Shown here piece by piece: positions 50,301 to 62,300 of a DNA stretch of 64,000 bases. The DNA lies in contig OZ024742.1 in NCBI GenBank assembly GCA_964016885.1, positions 348,254,001 to 348,318,000 on the forward strand, in the 5' to 3' direction. Position 1 is the stretch's first letter; each line of letters begins with the position of its first letter. The notes under the pieces are model-generated. The model was not told where the DNA came from. It saw nothing but the letters and a program-made list of their open reading frames with translations, and ran no database searches. The position numbers were made by a program, and so were the translations under genes. The stretch comes from Eledone cirrhosa. Its lineage: Eukaryota.

Positions 50301-53300
50301 CTCTACTAGTTCCTTCCTCTCCCTTGAGATAAAGCTATAGTTTATAACTTCCTCTAATAGTCCCTTCCTCTCCCTTAAGGAGAAACTATAGTTTATAACT
50401 TCCTCTACTAGTCCCTTCCTCTCCTTTAAGGTAAAGCTATAGTTTATAACTTCCTTTACTAGTCCCTTCCTGTCCCTTAAGGTAAAGCTATAGTTTATAA
50501 CTTCCTCTCCTAGTCCCTTCCTCTCCCTTAAGATAAAACTATAGTTTATAACTTCCTCTACTAGGCCCTTCCTCTCCCTTGAAGTAAAGCTATAGTTTAT
50601 AACTTCCTCTACTAGTCCCTTCCTCTCCCTTAAGGCATAGCTATAGTTTATAACTTCCTCTACTAGTCCCTTCCTCTCCCTTGAGGTAAAGCTATAGTTT
50701 ATAACTTCCTCTACTAGGCCCTTCCTCTCCCTTGAAGTAAAGCTATAGTTTATAACTTCCTCTACTAGTCCCTTCCTGTCCCTTAAGGTAAAGCTATAGT
50801 TTATAACTTCCTTTACTAGTCCCTTTCTGTCCCTTAAGGTAAAGCTATAGTTTATAACTTCCTCTACTAGTCCCTTCCTCTCCCTTGAGATAAAGCTATA
50901 GTTTATAACTTCCTTTACTAGTCCCTTCCTGTCCCTTAAGGTAAAGCTATAGTTTATAACTTCCTCTACTAGTCCCTTCCTCTCCCTTGAGATAAAGCTA
51001 TAGTTTATAACTTCCTCTACTAGTCCCTTCCTCTCCCTTAAGGCAAAGCTATAGTTTATAACTTCCTCTACTAGTCCCTTCCTCTCCATTAAGATAAAGC
51101 TATAATTTATAACTTCCTCTCCTAGTCCCTTCCTCTCCCTTGAATTAAAGCTATAGTTTATAACTTCCTCTCCTAGTCCCTTCCTCTCCCTTAAGATAAA
51201 GTTATAGTTTATAACTTCCTCTACTAGTCCCTTCCTCTCCCTTGAGTTAAAGCTATAGTTTATAACTTCCTCTACTAGTCCCTTCCTCTCCCTTAAGATA
51301 AAGCTATAGTTTATAACTTCCTCTACTAGTCCCTTCCTCTCCCTTAAGGCAAAGCTATAGTTTATAACTTCCTCTACTAGTCCCTTCCTCTCCCTTGAGT
51401 TAAAGCTATAGTTTATAACTTCCTCTACTAGTCCATTCCTCTCCCTTGAGGGAAAGCTATAGTTTATAACTTCCTCTACTAGTCCCTTCCTCTCCCTTGA
51501 GTTAAAGCTATAGTTTATAACTTCCTCTACTAGTCCCTTCCTCTCCATTAAGATGAAGCTATAATTTATAACTTCCTCTCCTAGTCCCTTCCTCTCCCTT
51601 GAATTAAAGTTATAGTTTATAACTTCCTCTTCTAGTCCCTTCCTCTCCCTTGAGGTAAAGCTATAGTTTATAACTTCCTCTACTAGTCCCTTCCTCTCCC
51701 TTGAGGTTAAGCTATAGTTTATAACTTCCTCTACTAGTCCCTCCCTGTCTCTTAAGGTAAAGCTATAGTTTATAACTTCCTCTACTAGTCCCTTCCTCTC
51801 CCTTGACATAAAGCTATAGTTTATAACTTCCTCTACTAGTCCCTCCCTGTCCCTTAAGGTAAAGCTATAGTTTATAACTTCCTCTACTACTCCCTTCATC
51901 TCCCTTGAGGTAAAGCTATAGTCTATAACTTCCTCTACTAGTCCCTTCCTCTCCCTTAAGGTAAAGCTATAGTCTATAACTTCCTCTACTAGTCCCTTCC
52001 TCTCCCTTAAGGTAAAGCTATAGTTTATAACTTCCTCTACTAGTCCCTCCCTCTCCCTTAAGGTAAAGCTATAGTTTATAACTTCCTCTACTAGTCCCTT
52101 CCTCTCCCTTGAGATAAAGCTCTAGTTTATAACTTCCTCTACTAGTCCCTTCCTCTCCCTTAAGATAAAGCTATAATTTATAACTTCCCCTCCTAGTCCC
52201 TTCCTCTCCCTTGAGTTAAAGCTATAGTTTATAACTTCCTCTTCTAGTCCCTTCCTCTCCCTTGAGGTAAAGCTATAGTTTATAACTTCCTCTACTAGTC
52301 CCTTCCTCTCCCTTGAGATAAAGCTATAGTTTATAACTTCCTCTACTAGTCCATTCCTCTCCCTTGAGGGAAAGCTATAGTTTATAACTTCCTCTACTAG
52401 TCCCTTCCTCTCCCTTGAGATAAAGCTATAGTTTATAACTTCCTCTCCTAGTCCCTTCCTCTCCCTTAAGATAAAGCTATAGTTTATAACTTCCTCTACT
52501 AGTCCCTTCCTCTCCCTTGAGTTAAAGCTATAGTTTATAACTTCCTCTACTAGTCCCTTCCTCTCCCTTAAGATAAAGCTATAGTTTATAACTTCCTCTA
52601 CTAGTCCCTTCCTCTCCCTTAAGGCAAAGCTATAGTTTATAACTTCCTCTACTAGTCCCTTCCTCTCCATTAAGATAAAGCTATAATTTATAACTTCCTC
52701 TCCTAGTCCCTTCCTCTCCCTTGAATTAAAGCTATAGTTTATAACTTACTCTTCTAGTCCCTTCCTCTCCCTTGAGGTAAAGCTATACTTTATAACTTCC
52801 TCTACTAGTCCCTTCCTCTCCCTTGAGGTAAAGCTATAGTTTATAACTTCCTCTACTAGTCCCTTCCTCTCCCTTGAGGTAAAGCTATAGTTTATAACTT
52901 CCTCTACTAGTCCCTTCCTCTCCCTTGAGTTAAAGCTATAGTTTATAACTTCCTCTACTAGTCCCTTCCTCTCCCTTGAGGTAAAGCTATAGTTTATAAC
53001 TTCCTCTACTACTCCCTTCCTCTCCCTTGAGTTAAAGCTATAGTTTATAACTTCCTCTACTAGTCCCTCCCTGTCCCTTAAGGTAAAGCTATAGTTTATA
53101 ACTTCCTCTACTAGTCTCTTCCTCTCCCTTGAGGTAAAGCTATAGTTTATAACTTCCTCTACCAGTCCCTTCCTCTCCCTTAAGATAAAGCTATAGTTTA
53201 TAAATTCCTCTACTACTCCCTTCATCTCCCTTGAGGTAAAGCTATAGTCTATAACTTCCTCTACTAGTCCCTTCCTCTCCCTTAAGGTAAAGCTATAGTC

Positions 53301-56300
53301 TATAACTTCCTCTACTAGTCCCTTCCTCTCCCTTAAGGTAAAGCTATAGTTTATAACTTGCTCTACTAGTCCCTCCCTCTCCCTTAAGGTAAAGCTATAG
53401 TTTATAACTTCCTCTACTAGTCCCTTCCTCTCCCTTGAGATAAAGCTATAGTTTATAACTTCCTCTACTAGTCCCTTCCTCTCCCTTAAGGTAAAGCTAT
53501 AGTTTATAAATTCCTCTACTAGTCCCTTCCGCTCCCTTGACATAAAGCTATAGTTTATAACTTCCTCTACTAGTCCCTTTCTCTCCCTTGAGGTAAAGCT
53601 ACACTTTATAACTTCCTCTACTAGTCCCTTCCTCTCCCTTGACATAAAGCTATAGTTTATAACTTCCTCTACTAGTCCCTTCCTCTCCCTTGAGATAAAG
53701 CTATAGTTTATAACTTCCTCTACTAGTCCCTTCCTCTCCCTTGAGATAAAGCTATAGTTTATAACTTCCTCTACTAGTCACTTCCTCTCCCTTAAGGTAA
53801 AGCTATAGTTTATAACTTCCTCTACTAGTCCCTTCCTCTCCCTTAAGATAAAGCTATAGTTTATAACTTCCTCTACTAGTCACTTCCTCTCCCTTAAGGT
53901 AAAGCTATTGTTTATAACTTCCTCTACTAGTCCCTTCCTCACTCTTGAGGTAAAGCTACAGTTTATAACTTCCTCTACTAGTCCCTTCCTCTCCCTTGAG
54001 ATAAAGCTATAGTTTATAACTTCCTCTACTACTCCCTTCTTCTCCCTTGAGGTAAAGCTATAGTTTATAACTTCCTCTACTAGTCCGTTCTTCTCCCTTA
54101 AGGTAAAGCTATAGTTTATAACTTCCTCTACTAGTCCCTTCCTCTCCCTTAAGGCAAAGCTATAGTTTATAACTTCCTCTACTAGTCCGTTCCTCTCCCT
54201 TGAGGTAAAGCTATAGTTTATAACTTCCTCTACTAGGCCCTTCCTCTCCCTTGAAGTAAAGCTATAGTTTATAACTTCCTCTACTAGTCCCTTCCTGTCC
54301 CTTAAGGTAAAGCTATAGTTTATCACTTCTTCTACTAGTCCCTTCCTCTCCCTTGAGATAAAGCTATAGTTTATAACTTCCTCTACTAGTTCCTTCCTCT
54401 CCCTTGAGATAAATCTATAGTTTATAACTTCCTCTAATAGTCCCTTCCTCTCCCTTAAGGAGAAACTATAGTTTATAACTTCCTCTACTAGTCCCTTCCT
54501 CTCCTTTAAGGTAAAGCTATAGTTTATAACTTCCTTTACTAGTCCCTTTCTGTCCCTTAAGGTAAAGCTATAGTTTATAACTTCCTCTACTAGTCCCTTC
54601 CTCTCCCTTGAGATAAAGCTATAGTTTATAACTTCCTTTACTAGTCCCTTCCTGTCCCTTAAGGTAAAGCTATAGTTTATAACTTCCTCTACTAGTCCCT
54701 TCCTCTCCCTTAAGGTAAAGCTATAGTTTATAACTTCCTCTACTAGTCCCTTCCTCTCCCTTAAGGCAAAGCTATAGTTTATAACTTTCTCTACTAGTCC
54801 CTTCCTCTCCATTAAGATAAAGCTATAATTTATAACTTCCTCTCCTAGTCCCTTACTCTCCCTTGAATTAAAGCTATAGTTTATAACTTCCTCTCCTAGT
54901 CCCTTCCTCTCCCTTAAGATAAAGCTATAGTTTATAACTTCCTCTACTAGTCCCTTCCTCTCCCTTGAGTTAAAGCTATAGTTTATAACTTCCTCTACTA
55001 GTCCCTTCCTCTCCCTTAAGATAAAGCTATAGTTTATAACTTCCTCTACTAGTCCCTTCCTCTCCCTTAAGGCAAAGCTATAGTTTATAACTTCCTCTAC
55101 TAGTCCCTTCCTCTCCCTTGAGTTAAAGCTATAGTTTATAACTTCCTCTACTAGTCCCTTCCTCTCCCTTGAGATAAAGCTATAGTTTATAACTTCCTCT
55201 ACTAATCTCTTCCTCTCCCTTAAGGCAAAGCTATAGTTTATAACTTCCTCTACTAGTCCCCTCCTCTCCCTTAAGATAAAGCTATAGTTTATAACTTCCT
55301 CTACTAGTCCCTTCCTCTCCCTTAAGGCATAGCTATAGTTTATAACTTCCTCTACTAGTCCCTTCCTCTCCCTTGAGGTAAAGCTATAGTTTATAACTTC
55401 CTCTACTAGGCCCTTCCTCTCCCTTGAAGTAAAGCTATAGTTTATAACTTCCTCTACTAGTCCCTTCCTGTCCCTTAAGGTAAAGCTATAGTTTATAACT
55501 TCCTTTACTAGTCCCTTTCTGTCCCTTAAGGTAAAGCTATAGTTTATAACTTCCTCTACTAGTCCCTTCCTCTCCCTTGAGATAAAGCTATAGTTTATAA
55601 CTTCCTTTACTAGTCCCTTCCTGTCCCTTAAGGTAAAGCTATAGTTTATAACTTCCTCTACTAGTCCCTTCCTCTCCCTTGAGATAAAGCTATAGTTTAT
55701 AACTTCCTCTACTAGTCCCTTCCTCTCCCTTAAGGCAAAGCTATAGTTTATAACTTCCTCTACTAGTCCCTTCCTCTCCATTAAGATAAAGCTATAATTT
55801 ATAACTTCCTCTCCTAGTCCCTTCCTCTCCCTTGAATTAAAGCTATAGTTTATAACTTCCTCTCCTAGTCCCTTCCTCTCCCTTAAGATAAAGTTATAGT
55901 TTATAACTTCCTCTACTAGTCCCTTCCTCTCCCTTGAGTTAAAGCTATAGTTTATAACTTCCTCTACTAGTCCCTTCCTCTCCCTTAAGATAAAGCTATA
56001 GTTTATAACTTCCTCTACTAGTCCCTTCCTCTCCCTTAAGGCAAAGCTATAGTTTATAACTTCCTCTACTAGTCCCTTCCTCTCCCTTGAGTTAAAGCTA
56101 TAGTTTATAACTTCCTCTACTAGGCCCTTCCTCTCCCTTGAGGGAAAGCTATAGTTTATAACTTCCTCTACTAGTCCCTTCCTCTCCCTTGAGTTAAAGC
56201 TATAGTTTATAACTTCCTCTACTAGTCCATTCCTCTCCCTTGAGGGAAAGCTATAGTTTATAACTTCCTCTACTAGTCCCTTCCTCTCCCTTGAGTTAAA

Positions 56301-59300
56301 GCTATAGTTTATAACTTCCTCTACTAGTCCATTCCTCTCCCTTGAGGGAAAGCTATAGTTTATAACTTCCTCTACTAGTCCCTTCCTCTCCCTTGAGTTA
56401 AAGCTATAGTTTATAACTTCCTCTACTAGTCCCTTCCTCTCCCTTAAGATAAAGCTATAGTTTATAACTTCCTCTACTAGTCCCTTCCTCTCCATTAAGA
56501 TGAAGCTATAATTTATAACTTCCTCTCCTAGTCCCTTCCTCTCCCTTGAATTAAAGTTATAGTTTATAACTTCCTCTTCTAGTCCCTTCCTCTCCCTTGA
56601 GGTTAAGCTATAGTTTATAACTTCCTCTACTAGTCCCTCCCTGTCCCTTAAGGTAAAGCTATAGTTTATAACTTCCTCTACTAGTCCCTTCCTCTCCCTT
56701 GACATAAAGCTATAGTTTAAAACTTCCTCTACTAGTCCCTCCCTGTCCCTTAAGGTAAAGCTATAGTTTATAACTTCCTCTACTACTCCCTTCATCTCCC
56801 TTGAGGTAAAGCTATAGTCTATAACTTCCTCTACTAGTCCCTTCCTCTCCCTTAAGGTAAAGCTATAGTCTATAACTTCCTCTACTAGTCCCTTCCTCTC
56901 CCTTAAGGTAAAGCTATAGTTTATAACTTCCTCTACTAGTCCCTCCCTCTCCCTTAAGGTAAAGCTATAGTTTATAACTTCCTCTACTAGTCCCTTCCTC
57001 TCCCTTGAGATAAAGCTATAGTTTATAACTTCCTCTACTAGTCCCTTCCTCTCCCTTAAGATAAAGCTATAATTTATAACTTCCCCTCCTAGTCCCTTCC
57101 TCTCCCTTGAGTTAAAGCTATAGTTTATAACTTCCTCTACTAGTCCCTTCCTCTCCCTTGAGATAAAGCTATAGTTTATAACTTCCTCTCCTAGTCCCTT
57201 CCTCTCCCTTAAGATAAAGCTATAGTTTATAACTTCCTCTACTAGTCCCTTCCTCTCCCTTGAGTTAAAGCTATAGTTTATAACTTCCTCTACTAGTCCC
57301 TTCCTCTCCCTTAAGATAAAGCTATAGTTTATAACTTCCTCTACTAGTCCCTTCCTCTCCCTTAAGGCAAAGCTATAGTTTATAACTTCCTCTACTAGTC
57401 CCTTCCTCTCCATTAAGATAAAGCTATAATTTATAACTTCCTCTCCTAGTCCCTTCCTCTCCCTTGAATTAAAGCTATAGTTTATAACTTCCTCTTCTAG
57501 TCCCTTCCTCTCCCTTGAGGTAAAGCTATACTTTATAACTTCCTCTACTAGTCCCTTCCTCTCCCTTGAGGTAAAGCTATAGTTTATAACTTCCTCTACT
57601 AGTCCCTTCCTCTCCCTTGAGGTAAAGCTATAGTTTATAACTTCCTCTACTAGTCCCTTCCTCTCCCTTGAGTTAAAGCTATAGTTTATAACTTGCTCTA
57701 CTAGTCCCTTCCTCTCCCTTGAGCTAAAGCTATAGTTTATAACTTCCTCTACTACTCCCTTCCTCTCCCTTGAGTTAAAGCTATAGTTTATAACTTCCTC
57801 TACTAGTCCCTCCCTGTCCCTTAAGGTAAAGCTATAGTTTATAACTTCCTCTACTAGTCCCTTCCTCTCCCTTGAGATAAAGCTATAGTTTATAACTTCC
57901 TCTACTAGTCCCTTCCTCTCCCTTAAGGCAAAGCTATAGTTTATAACTTCCTCTACTAGTCCCTTCCTCTCCATTAAGATAAAGCTATAATTTATAACTT
58001 CCTCTCCTAGTCCCTTCCTCTCCCTTGAATTAAAGCTATAGTTTATAACTTCCTCTCCTAGTCCCTTCCTCTCCCTTAAGATAAAGTTATAGTTTATAAC
58101 TTCCTCTACTAGTCCCTTCCTCTCCCTTGAGTTAAAGCTATAGTTTATAACTTCCTCTACTAGTCCCTTCCTCTCCCTTAAGATAAAGCTATAGTTTATA
58201 ACTTCCTCTACTAGTCCCTTCCTCTCCCTTAAGGCAAAGCTATAGTTTATAACTTCCTCTACTAGTCCCTTCCTCTCCCTTGAGTTAAAGCTATAGTTTA
58301 TAACTTCCTCTACTAGTCCATTCCTCTCCCTTGAGGGAAAGCTATAGTTTATAACTTCCTCTACTAGTCCCTTCCTCTCCCTTGAGTTAAAGCTATAGTT
58401 TATAACTTCCTCTACTAGTCCCTTCCTCTCCATTAAGATGAAGCTATAATTTATAACTTCCTCTCCTAGTCCCTTCCTCTCCCTTGAATTAAAGTTATAG
58501 TTTATAACTTCCTCTTCTAGTCCCTTCCTCTCCCTTGAGGTAAAGCTATAGTTTATAACTTCCTCTACTAGTCCCTTCCTCTCCCTTGAGGTTAAGCTAT
58601 AGTTTATAACTTCCTCTACTAGTCCCTCCCTGTCTCTTAAGGTAAAGCTATAGTTTATAACTTCCTCTACTAGTCCCTTCCTCTCCCTTGACATAAAGCT
58701 ATAGTTTATAACTTCCTCTACTAGTCCCTCCCTGTCCCTTAAGGTAAAGCTATAGTTTATAACTTCCTCTACTACTCCCTTCATCTCCCTTGAGGTAAAG
58801 CTATAGTCTATAACTTCCTCTACTAGTCCCTTCCTCTCCCTTAAGGTAAAGCTATAGTCTATAACTTCCTCTACTAGTCCCTTCCTCTCCCTTAAGGTAA
58901 AGCTATAGTTTATAACTTCCTCTACTAGTCCCTCCCTCTCCCTTAAGGTAAAGCTATAGTTTATAACTTCCTCTACTAGTCCCTTCCTCTCCCTTGAGAT
59001 AAAGCTCTAGTTTATAACTTCCTCTACTAGTCCCTTCCTCTCCCTTAAGATAAAGCTATAATTTATAACTTCCCCTCCTAGTCCCTTCCTCTCCCTTGAG
59101 TTAAAGCTATAGTTTATAACTTCCTCTTCTAGTCCCTTCCTCTCCCTTGAGGTAAAGCTATAGTTTATAACTTCCTCTACTAGTCCCTTCCTCTCCCTTG
59201 AGATAAAGCTATAGTTTATAACTTCCTCTACTAGTCCATTCCTCTCCCTTGAGGGAAAGCTATAGTTTATAACTTCCTCTACTAGTCCCTTCCTCTCCCT

Positions 59301-62300
59301 TGAGATAAAGCTATAGTTTATAACTTCCTCTCCTAGTCCCTTCCTCTCCCTTAAGATAAAGCTATAGTTTATAACTTCCTCTACTAGTCCCTTCCTCTCC
59401 CTTGAGTTAAAGCTATAGTTTATAACTTCCTCTACTAGTCCCTTCCTCTCCCTTAAGATAAAGCTATAGTTTATAACTTCCTCTACTAGTCCCTTCCTCT
59501 CCCTTAAGGCAAAGCTATAGTTTATAACTTCCTCTACTAGTCCCTTCCTCTCCATTAAGATAAAGCTATAATTTATAACTTCCTCTCCTAGTCCCTTCCT
59601 CTCCCTTGAATTAAAGCTATAGTTTATAACTTCCTCTTCTAGTCCCTTCCTCTCCCTTGAGGTAAAGCTATACTTTATAACTTCCTCTACTAGTCCCTTC
59701 CTCTCCCTTGAGGTAAAGCTATAGTTTATAACTTCCTCTACTAGTCCCTTCCTCTCCCTTGAGTTAAAGCTATAGTTTATAACTTCCTCTACTAGTCCCT
59801 TCCTCTCCCTTGAGGTAAAGCTATAGTTTATAACTTCCTCTACTACTCCCTTCCTCTCCCTTGAGTTAAAGCTATAGTTTATAACTTCCTCTACTAGTCC
59901 CTCCCTGTCCCTTAAGGTAAAGCTATAGTTTATAACTTCCTCTACTAGTCTCTTCCTCTCCCTTGAGGTAAAGCTATAGTTTATAACTTCCTCTACCAGT
60001 CCCTTCCTCTCCCTTAAGATAAAGCTATAGTTTATAAATTCCTCTACTACTCCCTTCATCTCCCTTGAGGTAAAGCTATAGTCTATAACTTCCTCTACTA
60101 GTCCCTTCCTCTCCCTTAAGGTAAAGCTATAGTCTATAACTTCCTCTACTAGTCCCTTCCTCTCCCTTAAGGTAAAGCTATAGTTTATAACTTGCTCTAC
60201 TAGTCCCTCCCTCTCCCTTAAGGTAAAGCTATAGTTTATAACTTCCTCTACTAGTCCCTTCCTCTCCCTTGAGATAAAGCTATAGTTTATAACTTCCTCT
60301 ACTAGTCCCTTCCTCTCCCTTAAGGTAAAGCTATAGTTTATAAATTCCTCTACTAGTCCCTTCCGCTCCCTTGACATAAAGCTATAGTTTATAACTTCCT
60401 CTACTAGTCCCTTTCTCTCCCTTGAGGTAAAGCTACACTTTATAACTTCCTCTACTAGTCCCTTCCTCTCCCTTGACATAAAGCTATAGTTTATAACTTC
60501 CTCTACTAGTCCCTTCCTCTCCCTTGAGATAAAGCTATAGTTTATAACTTCCTCTACTAGTCCCTTCCTCTCCCTTGAGATAAAGCTATAGTTTATAACT
60601 TCCTCTACTAGTCACTTCCTCTCCCTTAAGGTAAAGCTATAGTTTATAACTTCCTCTACTAGTCCCTTCCTCTCCCTTAAGATAAAGCTATAGTTTATAA
60701 CTTCCTCTACTAGTCACTTCCTCTCCCTTAAGGTAAAGCTATTGTTTATAACTTCCTCTACTAGTCCCTTCCTCACTCTTGAGGTAAAGCTACAGTTTAT
60801 AACTTCCTCTACTAGTCCCTTCCTCTCCCTTGAGATAAAGCTATAGTTTATAACTTCCTCTACTACTCCCTTCTTCTCCCTTGAGGTAAAGCTATAGTTT
60901 ATAACTTCCTCTACTAGTCCGTTCTTCTCCCTTAAGGTAAAGCTATAGTTTATAACTTCCTCTACTAGTCCCTTCCTCTCCCTTAAGGCAAAGCTATAGT
61001 TTATAACTTCCTCTACTAGTCCGTTCCTCTCCCTTGAGGTAAAGCTATAGTTTATAACTTCCTCTACTAGGCCCTTCCTCTCCCTTGAAGTAAAGCTATA
61101 GTTTATAACTTCCTCTACTAGTCCCTTCCTGTCCCTTAAGGTAAAGCTATAGTTTATCACTTCTTCTACTAGTCCCTTCCTCTCCCTTGAGATAAAGCTA
61201 TAGTTTATAACTTCCTCTACTAGTTCCTTCCTCTCCCTTGAGATAAATCTATAGTTTATAACTTCCTCTAATAGTCCCTTCCTCTCCCTTAAGGAGAAAC
61301 TATAGTTTATAACTTCCTCTACTAGTCCCTTCCTCTCCTTTAAGGTAAAGCTATAGTTTATAACTTCCTTTACTAGTCCCTTTCTGTCCCTTAAGGTAAA
61401 GCTATAGTTTATAACTTCCTCTACTAGTCCCTTCCTCTCCCTTGAGATAAAGCTATAGTTTATAACTTCCTTTACTAGTCCCTTCCTGTCCCTTAAGGTA
61501 AAGCTATAGTTTATAACTTCCTCTACTAGTCCCTTCCTCTCCCTTAAGGTAAAGCTATAGTTTATAACTTCCTCTACTAGTCCCTTCCTCTCCCTTAAGG
61601 CAAAGCTATAGTTTATAACTTTCTCTACTAGTCCCTTCCTCTCCATTAAGATAAAGCTATAATTTATAACTTCCTCTCCTAGTCCCTTACTCTCCCTTGA
61701 ATTAAAGCTATAGTTTATAACTTCCTCTCCTAGTCCCTTCCTCTCCCTTAAGATAAAGCTATAGTTTATAACTTCCTCTACTAGTCCCTTCCTCTCCCTT
61801 GAGTTAAAGCTATAGTTTATAACTTCCTCTACTAGTCCCTTCCTCTCCCTTAAGATAAAGCTATAGTTTATAACTTCCTCTACTAGTCCCTTCCTCTCCC
61901 TTAAGGCAAAGCTATAGTTTATAACTTCCTCTACTAGTCCCTTCCTCTCCCTTGAGTTAAAGCTATAGTTTATAACTTCCTCTACTAGTCCCTTCCTCTC
62001 CCTTGAGATAAAGCTATAGTTTATAACTTCCTCTACTAATCTCTTCCTCTCCCTTAAGGCAAAGCTATAGTTTATAACTTCCTCTACTAGTCCCCTCCTC
62101 TCCCTTAAGATAAAGCTATAGTTTATAACTTCCTCTACTAGTCCCTTCCTCTCCCTTAAGGCATAGCTATAGTTTATAACTTCCTCTACTAGTCCCTTCC
62201 TCTCCCTTGAGGTAAAGCTATAGTTTATAACTTCCTCTACTAGGCCCTTCCTCTCCCTTGAAGTAAAGCTATAGTTTATAACTTCCTCTACTAGTCCCTT